Positions 40,043 to 51,129 of a stretch of DNA of 64,000 bases are shown piece after piece. A program made the position numbers and the translations under genes. The notes under the pieces are model-generated. The model ran no database searches, was not told the origin of the DNA, and saw nothing but the letters and a program-made list of their open reading frames with translations. Source of the stretch: a virus; the IMG/VR virus record IMGVR_UViG_3300027896_000023, positions 1 through 64,000 of that record; one strand, given 5' to 3'. The stretch's first letter is position 1. Every line of letters starts with the position of its first letter.

Positions 40043-40269
40043 TAGGCAGAGTAGGCGGAGGATTCACGTTGGAGACAGCACAGCAGATCATAGATGTGTT
40101 GGAGAATGAACCGCGCACAGGCTTGCCTTATCCAGAAAGCGAAGTAGGTAGACCGTATACAGCTGTAGATACCAAGATGATTGTTGACGTAGCATTCCAG
40201 GCGACAGACAACTATAGCACAACAGGCAAGCTGCGGAGTCCCCAGTTGATAGGATGGCGAATGGCATGA
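40039..40269 (+). CDS. Duplicate ligase OB-domain C-terminus
   Basis: GRVGGGF...ESEVGRPYTAVDT...AFQATDNYSTTGKLRSPQLI nearly identical in protein to the ligase end. Confidence 0.85.
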   Translation: MIGRVGGGFTLETAQQIIDVLENEPRTGLPYPESEVGRPYTAVDTKMIVDVAFQATDNYSTTGKLRSPQLIGWRMA

Positions 40270-41218
40270 GTGAAGTTAAGCAGCCAGAGAACAGATACAC
40301 CATATACATTGAACCGCAACGTGGACTCTTCGGTCTCATCAAGGGAGACAACATGGGCGTAGCATTACACAACGGGCACGACTCAACACCATACGACAGT
40401 GATCCAAAACATCGGACACTTGAGTTTCAACTGTTCGGAGAAACAGGAGAACATTGGAAGGTCACCAAGCTGACGCTTACCGAGTTATCTTTGGATGTTG
40501 AAGTAGAACTACAGGTGAAGAAGTAATGCCAAAGATAATAGCTGAACTTGAAAAGCATGGGGCATTAGATCGCTTACGCAAATGGCTTGAGGATCACCCA
40601 GCACAATCATCACTAACGCTTGCAGCACGAGAAACATTCCTATCCGTAACCAACACCAAAGCAGCCCTGCGATACTTAGGCTACACAATTTCTAAAGACA
40701 ACAGTTACAGGTGGAGTGACCGCAATGACAGATGAAGAAACAATCAAGAAAGCAATCCATGATTACGCCTCCATGTGGCACAGCGACCGCGCAAAACGAA
40801 CCACAGTAGAGAAAGCATTAGACCGCAAAGTATCCCGACACGGCTACGGATTAGAGAATGCACATGATAAAGTAGAAGCACTCATCAAGGCCGGCATCCT
40901 GGTCCACGATCCAACAGGCAAGTTTCTCTTAGATACAGCTGTAGCTTCACCATCAAAGCTGGGGCCTGGATTCAGATGACTGAACCTACAGGTGAAGTAA
41001 AGATTTACATGCGCCTTAAGCTCGAGGGATTCACAAAGGAAGAACTCAAATCAATCTTGGCCAACATCAAATCTACGGAAGGCGGACGCAAAGACCGATT
41101 GATTCTAGTGGATATTGGAACTGCACCGGAACTGAAACGTGAAGAAGCAACAGCGCTACTCAAAGAACTGATGCCTGGACTCAAGGTTCGGGATCAGCGG
41201 CCAGTGTACGCAAGCTAA
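40266..41218 (+). other. Four small hypothetical ORFs (40266, 40526, ~40725, ~40977)
   Basis: Coupled ORFs, several with the motif RBS. Confidence 0.55.
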
Positions 41219-41225
41219 GATACAG

Positions 41226-41636
41226 GTGAAGAACATGACAAGCGGTAGACAAGGATTCCTTAAAGGCAATCTACACCAGTATCTTCTGGCGCATAAGCGA
41301 CCGATGCGACCACGAGATTTAATCCGCGCAGGCTTCGCAGCAAGTAATGTAGCAACATATCTAAAGCAGCTAGTGCAAGAAGGCAAAGTCACACGTAAAG
41401 AGATGCCGAAAGAAACAAACGGATTAGGGCGCAAGCACAAGGGAAATGGCCGTCCACCAGTTTTCTATCAAGCAGTACCTACAGGTGAAGCTATGATTAG
41501 TTTGGGGAACAATATGTTGATTCCTGAAAGCGTTTGGAATAATGCCTGGGCAGAAGCAGCCAAGAAACAATTACCTGTTACTGATGGTAGAGGCAGAGTT
41601 ATTGGTAGACTACTTGAGGGAGGAGAACGTGGGTAG
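41226..41636 (+). CDS. Winged-HTH protein
   Basis: NVATYLKQLVQEGKVTR...GRPPVFY. Confidence 0.7.
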   Translation: MKNMTSGRQGFLKGNLHQYLLAHKRPMRPRDLIRAGFAASNVATYLKQLVQEGKVTRKEMPKETNGLGRKHKGNGRPPVFYQAVPTGEAMISLGNNMLIPESVWNNAWAEAAKKQLPVTDGRGRVIGRLLEGGERG

Positions 41637-41830
41637 CATGGATAAAATGGATGTTAGAATCTTAGAGGAATATGACCGAATCAAAGGTAGTTATGAAGTG
41701 TTGGGAAAGAAGTACCGGGCTGCTGTGAAGCGTGGCGATGAAGTTGCAGCTGCAGAAATAGAGAAGCAGATGATGGCTATTGATAAAAAGAATGCTGCTA
41801 TTTCCAGCGGTGAAGGTTTTCGACAAGCGT

Positions 41831-41873
41831 AAAATATATATGTTCAAAGGTACAGTACAAAGTACGGAGATTA
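41831..41873 (+). promoter_or_regulatory. Promoter with a GGTACAGTACAA box
   Basis: AAAATATATA + GGTACAGTACAA + GGAGATTA; same elements at 57048-57097 on the minus strand. Confidence 0.55.
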
Positions 41874-41883
41874 ATTATGGAGA

Positions 41884-42435
41884 GTGAAAGAAACGTCAAG
41901 CCAAAACTTGACCTACCTTATAGACCCGCAACCTGACACAGCTAAATGTGTCATGTGTGGGAGCCAAGTACCCACTGGTAATGCGCTGCATTCTTGCAGT
42001 GACGGCCAGCTTAGAGATAGTTTAGGAAGATTGCCATTACCTACACCTGCAGAAGAACCAGAACAGATAGGTGGATCCATTGACCTTAGCCCGAAACATA
42101 GATCAGGTGACCAACCGCTACGTGCAGCAGCACTTATTTTTTCGCTTGTGATCTGCCTACCAGGATTTCTAATCTGTGCTGCAATGATCTCATTAACAGA
42201 CTACTTCAACTGGTGGTGGCCATCGTTGGGCTTCGGCATCTTAGGATGGTTCAGTTTCTGGTATGCATTAGGCGGACTCAAACAATCAAACACCATCTCA
42301 AGAATCCTTGGCGCCAAACATATCTCAACAAGTAAACCATCTCAAAGTTCTCCATGGTATATTCAAAATCAACAAGTCCAGCAAAACTGGCGAGAGAACT
42401 ATAGACGTAGTTTAAAATCAAAAGGAGGAAAATAA
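41884..42435 (+). CDS. 2-TM membrane protein with an N-terminal CxxC
   Basis: Hydrophobic segments. Confidence 0.6.
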   Translation: MKETSSQNLTYLIDPQPDTAKCVMCGSQVPTGNALHSCSDGQLRDSLGRLPLPTPAEEPEQIGGSIDLSPKHRSGDQPLRAAALIFSLVICLPGFLICAAMISLTDYFNWWWPSLGFGILGWFSFWYALGGLKQSNTISRILGAKHISTSKPSQSSPWYIQNQQVQQNWRENYRRSLKSKGGK

Positions 42436-42437
42436 AA

Positions 42438-42845
42438 TTGAGTGAGAAAACATTTGTAGACAACATAGAAGGCAAACCCGTTTACTATCTCAAAGGCAAA
42501 TTTATAGTGGAAGTAGATGGTGTTTGGCAAGAAGCCACATCCATAGCAAACTTGAAAGCTAAGATGCAGGGCTTAACAGGCAAACCAACAAAAGTCATAG
42601 ACTATAACCTATGGATTGCAGGCGACTACGGCAACGGCAAACTGAAGATTTTAACTGTTGTTGCCCCAAACAAAAAAATGGTTTACAAAATAACGGATGC
42701 TGGCAAGAAGGAACGTTACAGCAGCGATCACCTATACATCTACACGCCTGAAATAGAACAGAAACTTATCGCAATCAGCAAGAAAGCAAACGACCTACGA
42801 ACAGAATTAACGGAAGCTATGAAAACAGCGAGGGTTTTTCCATGA
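42438..42845 (+). CDS. Hypothetical protein
   Basis: GGAGG RBS. Confidence 0.6.
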   Translation: MSEKTFVDNIEGKPVYYLKGKFIVEVDGVWQEATSIANLKAKMQGLTGKPTKVIDYNLWIAGDYGNGKLKILTVVAPNKKMVYKITDAGKKERYSSDHLYIYTPEIEQKLIAISKKANDLRTELTEAMKTARVFP

Positions 42846-44422
42846 GTCAAAACCAAATTGTTTTAGGACATATAGCAGAAGGCCCACACAGAGGCGAACG
42901 TTTCTGTATCCCATTGGAACATACAGTTTTCACCGGCATGAGTCACATCTCAGGGAAAACTACAGCTGAAGAAGCAGCGTTCAGTCGACTACCTGCAGCG
43001 GATCCACCGTACCGCATCCTCGTGTTCTTAACGAAACGTGGGGAGAAAACATTCCACAACAGCCACAACATCCAACCCTACTTCAAAGTGAACTTCAGCT
43101 GGGAATACCTTGCATCTCTGATGGAGTCAGCTATGAAGGAGAAGCTGAAGTTTGAACGCGCATGGATCATCAAACTGGCAAAGATGACACAGCAAGACAT
43201 GGCACTACGCAAAGCACCAGAAGACGCAGCGCTTCCGATCGCACGAGAAATCCTTGGCAAGATGATAGCAGACAAGAAGACACGAGACTACGATCGCAAC
43301 GTCTACATTGTTTTAGCAGCGTACCTGGACAAAGTATTACCAACGTTACGTGCAACCCAGTGGAGTAAAGAACTACAGCTGCAGCCAGGCATCAACGTCA
43401 TGGACCTAACCGCATGGTACACCAAAGAAGAAATCCAAATGCTAATCATCCGCAGCTGCATGGAACAAATCCTTGAACACGAGAACAACGTCATCGTTGG
43501 CTTGCCTGAATGCTGGAAGATGCTACCTCAGAACCGCAACACCCCAGTGAAACTATACTTCGAGAAGTACGTTCGAGAAGGTGCAACCAACGGCAACTAT
43601 CTAGATCTGGATGCACAAGACTTAGGCGGCATGGACAAGACAGAACTACGACAAGTAAGCGTCTGGGTTATGGGCAGAATGCAAGAAGCCAACGAAGTGC
43701 AGCGACTCTTGAAGTCAATGCTTGGCGCAGACATCGAAGCAAGCACCATTCAAACGTTACCGCTTGGACACTTTATGGTAGCAGCGGGAACAGCAGTCAC
43801 TAAAGTTTACGTGTGGCCGTACCGGGTGCCAGAGGAAATGAGTATCGCTGTAGCTAAAGGAGAAATCCCACCTGAAGAAGTCAAGGAGTATCTGAAGAAC
43901 CTGGACAAGACAACAACAACTATTACTATAATTGATGAAGCAGCAAACTTTCCTCCTACACCTACAGAACTAACCAAAGAGGATGCCGATTTACTGTGTA
44001 TAGAATATGCGAGGAAAGCTCATGCGCGTATGCTGGACTTTGAGTTACGCCTCAAGGCAATCGAAGACAAGATGAATACACCTGTAGCTTTTCCAGAACT
44101 GCCACAAGAAGAAGTTGAGAAGATCCGCCTGGCACGTCTTGACCAAACAATAACGCAAGTACGGATTAATCCTATGGTCAAAACATACGTGATGAACACT
44201 AATAACGCAGACGGCAAGCTGATGTGGCTGGCGAAGGAAGACTTCTTCAACACATGGCACACCCAAACCGAGATCGAGAAGGCACTGCAAGCTTATCACT
44301 GGACGATGCCCCGCATCACATTATACAAAGCACTGGAAAGACTAGAGAAGATGGGATACCTGGGCAAGCAAGAAGGCAAACCAGTACGGTATGCACTGGC
44401 AAAGTTTGTGGAGGTGCGATAA
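42842..44422 (+). CDS. HerA/FtsK-like P-loop ATPase with a C-terminal wHTH
   Basis: TGMSHISGKTT, INVMDL, VGLPECW (atypical Walker B), REG, AQ, LPLGHF. Confidence 0.7.
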   Translation: MSQNQIVLGHIAEGPHRGERFCIPLEHTVFTGMSHISGKTTAEEAAFSRLPAADPPYRILVFLTKRGEKTFHNSHNIQPYFKVNFSWEYLASLMESAMKEKLKFERAWIIKLAKMTQQDMALRKAPEDAALPIAREILGKMIADKKTRDYDRNVYIVLAAYLDKVLPTLRATQWSKELQLQPGINVMDLTAWYTKEEIQMLIIRSCMEQILEHENNVIVGLPECWKMLPQNRNTPVKLYFEKYVREGATNGNYLDLDAQDLGGMDKTELRQVSVWVMGRMQEANEVQRLLKSMLGADIEASTIQTLPLGHFMVAAGTAVTKVYVWPYRVPEEMSIAVAKGEIPPEEVKEYLKNLDKTTTTITIIDEAANFPPTPTELTKEDADLLCIEYARKAHARMLDFELRLKAIEDKMNTPVAFPELPQEEVEKIRLARLDQTITQVRINPMVKTYVMNTNNADGKLMWLAKEDFFNTWHTQTEIEKALQAYHWTMPRITLYKALERLEKMGYLGKQEGKPVRYALAKFVEVR

Positions 44423-44425
44423 ACT

Positions 44426-45940
44426 TTGAGTCACAACATAACTTTAACTCCAGAAGATCACGGCTACACTATACGACTTGAAAAACGCACATTCACAGAC
44501 GGAGGCAAAAAGGAAGTCTCAGAAACAGTTGCCACATTAGCTATCATTTGGGACTACAAAGAAGCACACGCTGCATTCGACGCATTAAATACATTAGTAA
44601 GTGTTTGCGTTGAAAACAAAATTTTAGCTAAAGACCAATTCAGATACAGGAAGTCAAAGTAAATGTACGTAATTACTATACTTGACAACAAACTCGTGCT
44701 GTTAGATTTCTCGTTACCCTGGCCAAAAGAAGAGTTCTCTTTCACAGATACTCAAGCAGTAAAGTTCGGCGATGAATGTAGACAAAAAATGTTGGATCAC
44801 CTGAAGGAGTTACACCTGCAGTTTATTGTGTTACCCTGGATAGGCGATGCTGGTATGATGGAACCAGTGAAGATCCGCATGGACGATTGGGTGAAACAGA
44901 TGGGGCGTGAGTGGTAATGGAGATTTCTTTAGATGAGTTTCTTAAACGGGCAAAGGCACTCTATGGCGAAGATCTTACACAAATCAAATTCAAATGTCCG
45001 CACTGTAAGCAAATCCAAACAGGACAAAGCGTCTACGCTAAAGTCAAAACAAAAGAGAAGACAGCACGCTACGGAATCTTACATGACCACGTACATTACT
45101 TCATAGAATCGGAATGTTACTCAGCAACATGCGACTGGGTTGCCTATGGATTATTCACCAGCAACATCCTACTCATACGTGATCCAACGAAGCCACATAA
45201 CAAAGACACCAAAGAAAACTGCATGTACATTTTCCCATTAGCTGATGACAAAGAAATGCTTGCTGCAGCAGGAGTCTAAACATGAAGAAGCCGTTTCGTT
45301 GGACAGGTAAAAGAAAGAACCCACAGACCTACGTCGACGTACGTGTGGACTCCGATCGCTTCGACGGCAAGCCCGATCGCTACCACATAACAGTCTGGGC
45401 AGGGTTCATCTTCAAAGTTTTAACCTATGAACTGGAGGGCTTCAATGGTAAAGATCATAGTTCAAGTTGAACCCAAAGACGTCTACGAACAGTTCCCACC
45501 TAAACTCAAAGAAGCATGTGACTCCCTCGTCAAATCACTCATGGAGTTCGAATGCTTCGACACTGAACAGCAAGCACGAGACTGGGCAACAATTCAATTC
45601 TGGAATACAATGAAGAAGTTAGCTGAGGATGAAAAGAAAAATGGGCGAACCTAAGTGCACATCGTACACTGAAGATGATGACTATTCAGATAGACCATGC
45701 AGTTGCCCTGTCTGCGGCGGCTGGATCAAATGGGATGAGAACGGAGAACCGACCTGCAACAAATGTGGTGCTGAGTTAGCTAAACTCCCAGACGTCGACG
45801 AGGAAACCAAAGAACCGCTTGAGTACGAAAAGATCTGCGCTTTGTCCGGACGCAAGAAAACAAAGGAAACTACAGCTGAAGAAAGAAAAACAAATCGCTT
45901 AGTGAAAGCAGGCCGCAAAGCCTGGAAGGGATGGTTATGA
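44426..45940 (+). other. Six small hypothetical ORFs, two with Zn-finger motifs (44911-45279, 45629-45940)
   Basis: FKCPHC; CPVCG..CNKCG. Confidence 0.6.
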
Positions 45941-46222
45941 ATATGGATATAGCAGACCCGCATAGAGGAAGAAAAATGCAAACAGATGAAGTCTTCGATA
46001 TTCTCTGGATGACTAATAATGAGTGTGCTTTGAACTTAACTTTGCTGCATCATTTTGAATCATTAGGTTGGAGGTTTAGTGATTGAAAACACCTGAACAA
46101 TTAGCTAAAGAACATGCCGATTGGGAAACGGAATTAATACAAACTATTATAATTCCCATAATCCGCAAGGTAGCCTACGACAATTTCCTTCACGGATACA
46201 AACATGGAAAGGAGGCAAAGCA

Positions 46223-46906
46223 ATGAACGCTACAAAGATCGAGTATCTACATTTTACCTGGAGTCCATGTGTTGGATGTACAGGTGCAGGTTGCGCTGTT
46301 TGGGCGAAGTGCTGGGCAAAGTACCAAGCAAAACGACGTCTTCATAAATGCGAGAAATGCTACGCCTTCAAACCTCACACACACTTTGAACGATTAACTC
46401 AACCACTTGCTGTGAAGTCTACGAAACGGATCGGTGCTTGTTTCTCAGCTGACTTCTGGGATAAGGGCTTCAACGACTTCGATCATCAATCAGTAATGCA
46501 TTATGCATCCTTAGCAAATTGGCATTGGTTCATCAACTTAACAAAGCAGCCACATAATATCCCTAAAGACTTTACGTTCCCAAAGAACTGGGTGCAAGGG
46601 GTAAGCGTCAACAAACAAATAGACTTATGGAGAATAGACAAACTTAGAGAACACCCATTGGTTCTGAAGATGATCTCGTTCGAACCACTCTACGAACACT
46701 TAGGTAACGTGAACCTGGAAGGCATCAACTGGATAATCATTGGTGCACAAACACATCCACTTCTACATGTTAACCCTGATGCTGTTCTGTCGCTTATTAT
46801 GCAGGCACGGCTACTGAAAATTCCAATCTTTGTCAAGAACAACATACCGAACCCAGCCTTCCAAATCAAAGAGTTCCCAGCGTTTCTACAGGTGAAACCA
46901 ACATGA
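46223..46906 (+). CDS. DUF5131 (phage Gp37/Gp68) radical-SAM-like protein
   Basis: TKIEY..TWSP..GC...C...CWA, LTK, GVSV, ISFEPL, WIIIGA; GGAGG RBS before 46223. Confidence 0.85.
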   Translation: MNATKIEYLHFTWSPCVGCTGAGCAVWAKCWAKYQAKRRLHKCEKCYAFKPHTHFERLTQPLAVKSTKRIGACFSADFWDKGFNDFDHQSVMHYASLANWHWFINLTKQPHNIPKDFTFPKNWVQGVSVNKQIDLWRIDKLREHPLVLKMISFEPLYEHLGNVNLEGINWIIIGAQTHPLLHVNPDAVLSLIMQARLLKIPIFVKNNIPNPAFQIKEFPAFLQVKPT

Positions 46907-47506
46907 GTGAACTCCCACGCAGAGACTTAATTGTAGATGCCACAAGACCACGTGTTTCACAAGAAGACCTTGACCAATGGCATAAGGATATGCAAGAACG
47001 CGCTGACGCTATTGAAGGACCAGCTGGATGGCAAGATGAACATGGAGAATGGCATTGGAAACAAACCATGAAAGAACCGCAAATTGGAGACATCCGAAAC
47101 CACAATGGAAAAACTCAGCGCCTAAAAACAATCGATCGCATCATCAACAAAGATGGCACAACTATAACGTATGGATGGGAAGATTGGCCTGACCTACTTG
47201 CGCTTGCTTGGCAATCAAGACAGGTTGATGTAGACCCCATAGATGTTTTCGTTAGAACGTTGAAAGAGGAAAAGAAAGATGAGTGAAGGCGAATTTAAAA
47301 AGCGGTTAGTTTTCTTAAAACCACAATCTGATATTGAAGCAATGATAGGCCATGCTTTAAGAGTAAACGTAAGCACCGTTGAACAGGTTTTGGATGAAGC
47401 CGAAGCAAAGATTCCATCAGCGTTTACAGGGGCTATGTGGTATTCTGATAGTGACGTTCAAGAGATGCGCGAATGGGTTAGAAAATATTTTGGTGAAAAG
47501 AAATGA
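46903..47506 (+). other. Two hypothetical ORFs (46903-47286, 47279-47506)
   Basis: Overlapping start/stop codons. Confidence 0.55.
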
Positions 47507-47672
47507 ATGAACAACTTCACCCCAGGTTTTTCTGCAGAAAAGTCCAGCATGACATCACAGCTGACGATGTACGAAACCATCATTGCCGCAGCCTAAGACG
47601 AAGAAACAGTAAGAGAACCTACAGGTGTAACATGCTAATCATTCTTCCGCCAGCAGCACAGGAGATAAAGAA

Positions 47673-48089
47673 ATGACAGAACCATTGCCTACAGAAGAAG
47701 AGTTGGTTGAAGCTTTGAACTTTCTACGTGTACATGGTGTCCTGCTTCGTGACGGAGAAATCGATGGAAAACCTGCTTACATCTTTGGCAAAGGCGTTAG
47801 GCAAAGCTTCCTGAAAATATACGACTTACTATCCAAAGTTGAGGAACGCCCCAAGCAACCATTGATTGGTGCATTGATGTTGATTGTTATGGGCTACACA
47901 AAGTCACAGTTGACAGTTGAACAGCTGCGTGCAGCATGTGTTGTGCTGAAAGGTTTCGCTGAACGAACCGTGTTAGATAGAGATGGCTTGGAGAGAAAAG
48001 CATCTTTCAAAAGAAGTATGGTTGCCTCAACGCTGAGACCTGGCCTCATGATATTCAAAGCGGCGCCAAGGAACTTTGGCGTACATTGA
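47673..48089 (+). CDS. Hypothetical protein whose C-terminus overprints the MTase remnant
   Basis: GGAG RBS. Confidence 0.5.
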   Translation: MTEPLPTEEELVEALNFLRVHGVLLRDGEIDGKPAYIFGKGVRQSFLKIYDLLSKVEERPKQPLIGALMLIVMGYTKSQLTVEQLRAACVVLKGFAERTVLDRDGLERKASFKRSMVASTLRPGLMIFKAAPRNFGVH

Positions 48090-48298
48090 AACCTGGAGGG
48101 ATATTGTTGTTTAAATGGAATGAACATGACATCGGTTGGAGAAAAGTAATCAAACTGTTTCCTCATCCGCCGATTATCTGTAACGTAAGCAGTGGTGCTA
48201 AGCGAGATAAACATGGCAAAGCCAGTACCACACGTTGGTTCTGCTTCTACAAACCAGAAAAAAGATCTGAGAACTACGCGGAGATGCAGGATAAGTGA
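47981..48298 (+). pseudogene. 5'-truncated DNA methyltransferase, paralog of 51444-51956
   Basis: WLGEKSIFQKKYGCLNAETWPHDI...WRTLKPGGILLFKWNE...WFCFYK; no DPPH half or start upstream. Confidence 0.7.
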
Positions 48299-48911
48299 GC
48301 CACGTTAGCCCGAAAAAACAAGGTTGGATTCCGTGTGAGTTTGCAGCTATGCACGACTGTAATAACTCAGACGATGAAGAGTTCTGTCGAACTTACAAAG
48401 ACCCTGGAGATTGTGAGAAGTATCACCGCAAGATGGTTCTTGAAGGTGAAGAAACAGCTGAAGAATTTAAGACCTGGCAACGTAACAGAGTGCTACATTA
48501 TTACAGCGGACGCCGCTATAGCCACGCTTCAAAAGAAGATCCTGAACAAGCAGGGCAGAAAACATTATGCGGAATGTCTGTAGGCTTCGCAAATCATAAC
48601 GATGGTAGAATTTGGAATGAGATCACAAAAGAAGGTTTCGAGTACAACCCATGCCCAAAATGTAAACAATTAGCCGTTAGTGTAAACACAAACATTACTG
48701 GTAAACAGGTGACGCTATGACAGGATGTGTTGAAGCAGATCTAGAACGCACCAAAGAAATGTTACTATCCATCGCTAAGCGCCCCGACTGTGTAGCCCTT
48801 CTAGGTTATGATAGTTGGCAAGTGAAGCATTTCATTGAAGGCGGCATCGACCGGGCACTTATTCACTACCGCAAAGAAGCAAACAGAAAAAAGAAGAAGG
48901 CGAACCGATAA
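48295..48911 (+). other. Two hypothetical ORFs (48295-48720 Cys-rich; 48717-48911)
   Basis: Coupled ORFs. Confidence 0.55.
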
Positions 48912-49366
48912 TGCCACTGCTTGGATTCTCGGTCTTCATTGACAAGGTAGAAGCTGGCTTACGTGGTGAACCTGCACCTGTAGGCAAACGCCAAACTATA
49001 CGAAAAGTAAGAAAACTCAAAGGTAAATTTCACCCAATCAAAGTCTGCGACAAACTCTACCTATACACAGGATTACGCACCAAACACTGCCGTAAACTAG
49101 GCGAAGCTGTCTGTAATGAAGCATACTTTATTTTCATAGACTGCAATGGCCCAGGCATGGAAACCAAAGTTTTCGAAGTAAACAAAAAATCGCTACCAGA
49201 AATGGTGTACAGCACACCAAGGTTCCATAAGCTTACAGCAGCAGAAGGCAACAGCTTAGCAATACGAGATGGCTTCAAAGATGCATGTGAAATGCTTACC
49301 TGGTTCATGCGAACTCATGGCAATCATGGGGCATTACATGAAGTCTTTCAGGTGATCCGGTGGTAA
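48911..49366 (+). CDS. ASCH domain protein
   Basis: GKRQTIR, LYLYTGLRTK.CRKLG, AIRDGF. Confidence 0.75.
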   Translation: MPLLGFSVFIDKVEAGLRGEPAPVGKRQTIRKVRKLKGKFHPIKVCDKLYLYTGLRTKHCRKLGEAVCNEAYFIFIDCNGPGMETKVFEVNKKSLPEMVYSTPRFHKLTAAEGNSLAIRDGFKDACEMLTWFMRTHGNHGALHEVFQVIRW

Positions 49367-49507
49367 ACTGTGAGTGGTTCATCACAGCTGGAGAAGAGAA
49401 AGGTGGATGCAACGAACCCGACGTTCGCGGAGGGCTACATGCCCCGCTTTGCGGCGTCGTTAAACCAACAGATTGTGGCGTGTATAAAGTAAAAGAGAAG
49501 AAAAAGA

Positions 49508-50521
49508 ATGAACGAAAAAGAAACAAAACCAGATCCCAAACAAGAAACACTACAGACAGTAGTGGCACCCGAAAAGAAAGAGGAGACCGCAGCACTGTCA
49601 AGCAGTGCAACAGTAAAGGAAAAAGAAAGAGAAGTACCACCAAAAATGCTGCAGCCAAAGATGACGCCCACAAGAATCATAGTGACCATGGGAAGAACCA
49701 TACCGGGACCAAGCCAGTACACCAGCGAAAGAATAGATTACACTGTAGAAGTAGACCTAGACCCGCCAAGATACGCAGTCATCGGACACCCGCTTCCAGA
49801 CATGATGGCGTTCCTGGAAGAAGCACGCAAGCAACTAACCGAAAGAATGGCAACATGGCTACCGAAGCTACCCGATCCACCAAAGCAACCAGAAGCACCC
49901 AAGCCTGCATCAACAGCTACACCTGCAGCAACAACAGCTTTCCTAGACCAAACCCTTCCATTCGCAGACGCAGTAAAACAAAGAGTCATAGCTGACCTCG
50001 TAGGCACGGACGTCGCAGAAAAGATACAGTTTGAATTAGACAGACAAGGAAACGTACTCATAGAACCAACAGCATTTCTCGGCAGCGAACGGTTCAAATC
50101 AATAGTAAACATCGTGAATGCATTCAAGAACAAAGACTTCAAAACAGATTACGTCGGCGAAGGACAGAAGAAACATTGGATCATCTTCAACCCGAAACCA
50201 ACCAATGGACAGACAGCATCGTCAACACAAGGACAACCTACAGGTGCATCTACGCCACCGGGCACGCTTGATCCGGAGGAACTAAACAAGCTACCCTGGA
50301 AAGCCTATCATGGCAGTGACGCATCTAAAGCAGGTTGGATCTTCGTTAATGCCCCAGGAGCTGAATCACTCTACACAATGTTGAAGCAGCAACGTGATGA
50401 ACAACATATCGAAGAAGTCCCTGTGCTTATGGGTGCAACAATGTATGACTGCAAAATCGGCAAAGATAAAGAGAAGATTACTGAAGACAAATTCATCAGC
50501 CGCACCATCCAGAAGAAGTAA
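49508..50521 (+). CDS. Hypothetical multidomain protein with Pro/Thr linkers
   Basis: 337-aa ORF. Confidence 0.65.
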   Translation: MNEKETKPDPKQETLQTVVAPEKKEETAALSSSATVKEKEREVPPKMLQPKMTPTRIIVTMGRTIPGPSQYTSERIDYTVEVDLDPPRYAVIGHPLPDMMAFLEEARKQLTERMATWLPKLPDPPKQPEAPKPASTATPAATTAFLDQTLPFADAVKQRVIADLVGTDVAEKIQFELDRQGNVLIEPTAFLGSERFKSIVNIVNAFKNKDFKTDYVGEGQKKHWIIFNPKPTNGQTASSTQGQPTGASTPPGTLDPEELNKLPWKAYHGSDASKAGWIFVNAPGAESLYTMLKQQRDEQHIEEVPVLMGATMYDCKIGKDKEKITEDKFISRTIQKK

Positions 50522-50669
50522 ACTTGAAACAATCTGACTTCTACAAGCCATGCTTTGGCAAATATAAATGCTGGAACCAAGTGAAAGCAAAATGCCCGGA
50601 TGCAGTTGCATGTCGACTGAAACGTATAGCTGAAGATCAGAAGTTAATAGGAGCAGGGCAGCAACACCC

Positions 50670-51101
50670 GTGTTGCAAAAAACTGCGGATGTTGCCGCTG
50701 GAACTGGGGAGACTCGGATGCCCCTACCCTTTTTTATTACAGAGAATAATTTGGTGACTGAAATGAAGCTGTATGCGTTTATGTATCGTTCTGTGGGTTG
50801 GAAGCCTCTGGTTATTTTGGCTACAGCTGTAGCTTTTCTGCAGTTTGCTGATATGGTAAGCACCGCAATCGGGTTGTCTCGTGGTGCTGTTGAACTGAAT
50901 CCTTTAGGATTTATTCCGTTGTTAAAACTGGCTTCAGCTTTCGTTCTGTTTGCAGCAGTTGTTCTGCTTTATCATGAATCTGAAAAGGAAAAGAAGTATT
51001 GGGCACAATGGGTGATGCTAATTTTTTTGGTAACAATAATTGTGTGCCTGGTCTTTGTTGTGATTAATAATTTACTCGTGATACATAGTTACAGTATATA
51101 G
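50670..51101 (+). CDS. DUF5658-like membrane protein (start probably later)
   Basis: LQFADMVST..GL..GAVELNPL followed by TM helices. Confidence 0.6.
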   Translation: MLQKTADVAAGTGETRMPLPFFITENNLVTEMKLYAFMYRSVGWKPLVILATAVAFLQFADMVSTAIGLSRGAVELNPLGFIPLLKLASAFVLFAAVVLLYHESEKEKKYWAQWVMLIFLVTIIVCLVFVVINNLLVIHSYSI

Positions 51102-51129
51102 ATAAAATATCTATTTTACGTATATATTA

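Noticed and set aside
38945-40269. Diversity-generating retroelement TR/VR pair, or intein
   Set aside because: Differences are mostly synonymous and not adenine-specific; no reverse transcriptase; the nuclease is a separate ORF without splicing motifs
28411-46910. Palindrome explained purely as a Shine-Dalgarno sequence
   Set aside because: Most copies are intragenic, many have GC or CC centres lacking GGTG, and many lie antisense to the gene
49360-49995. 211-aa basic ORF
   Set aside because: Mostly an alternative frame of 49508-50521; only its short Cys-rich start might be real
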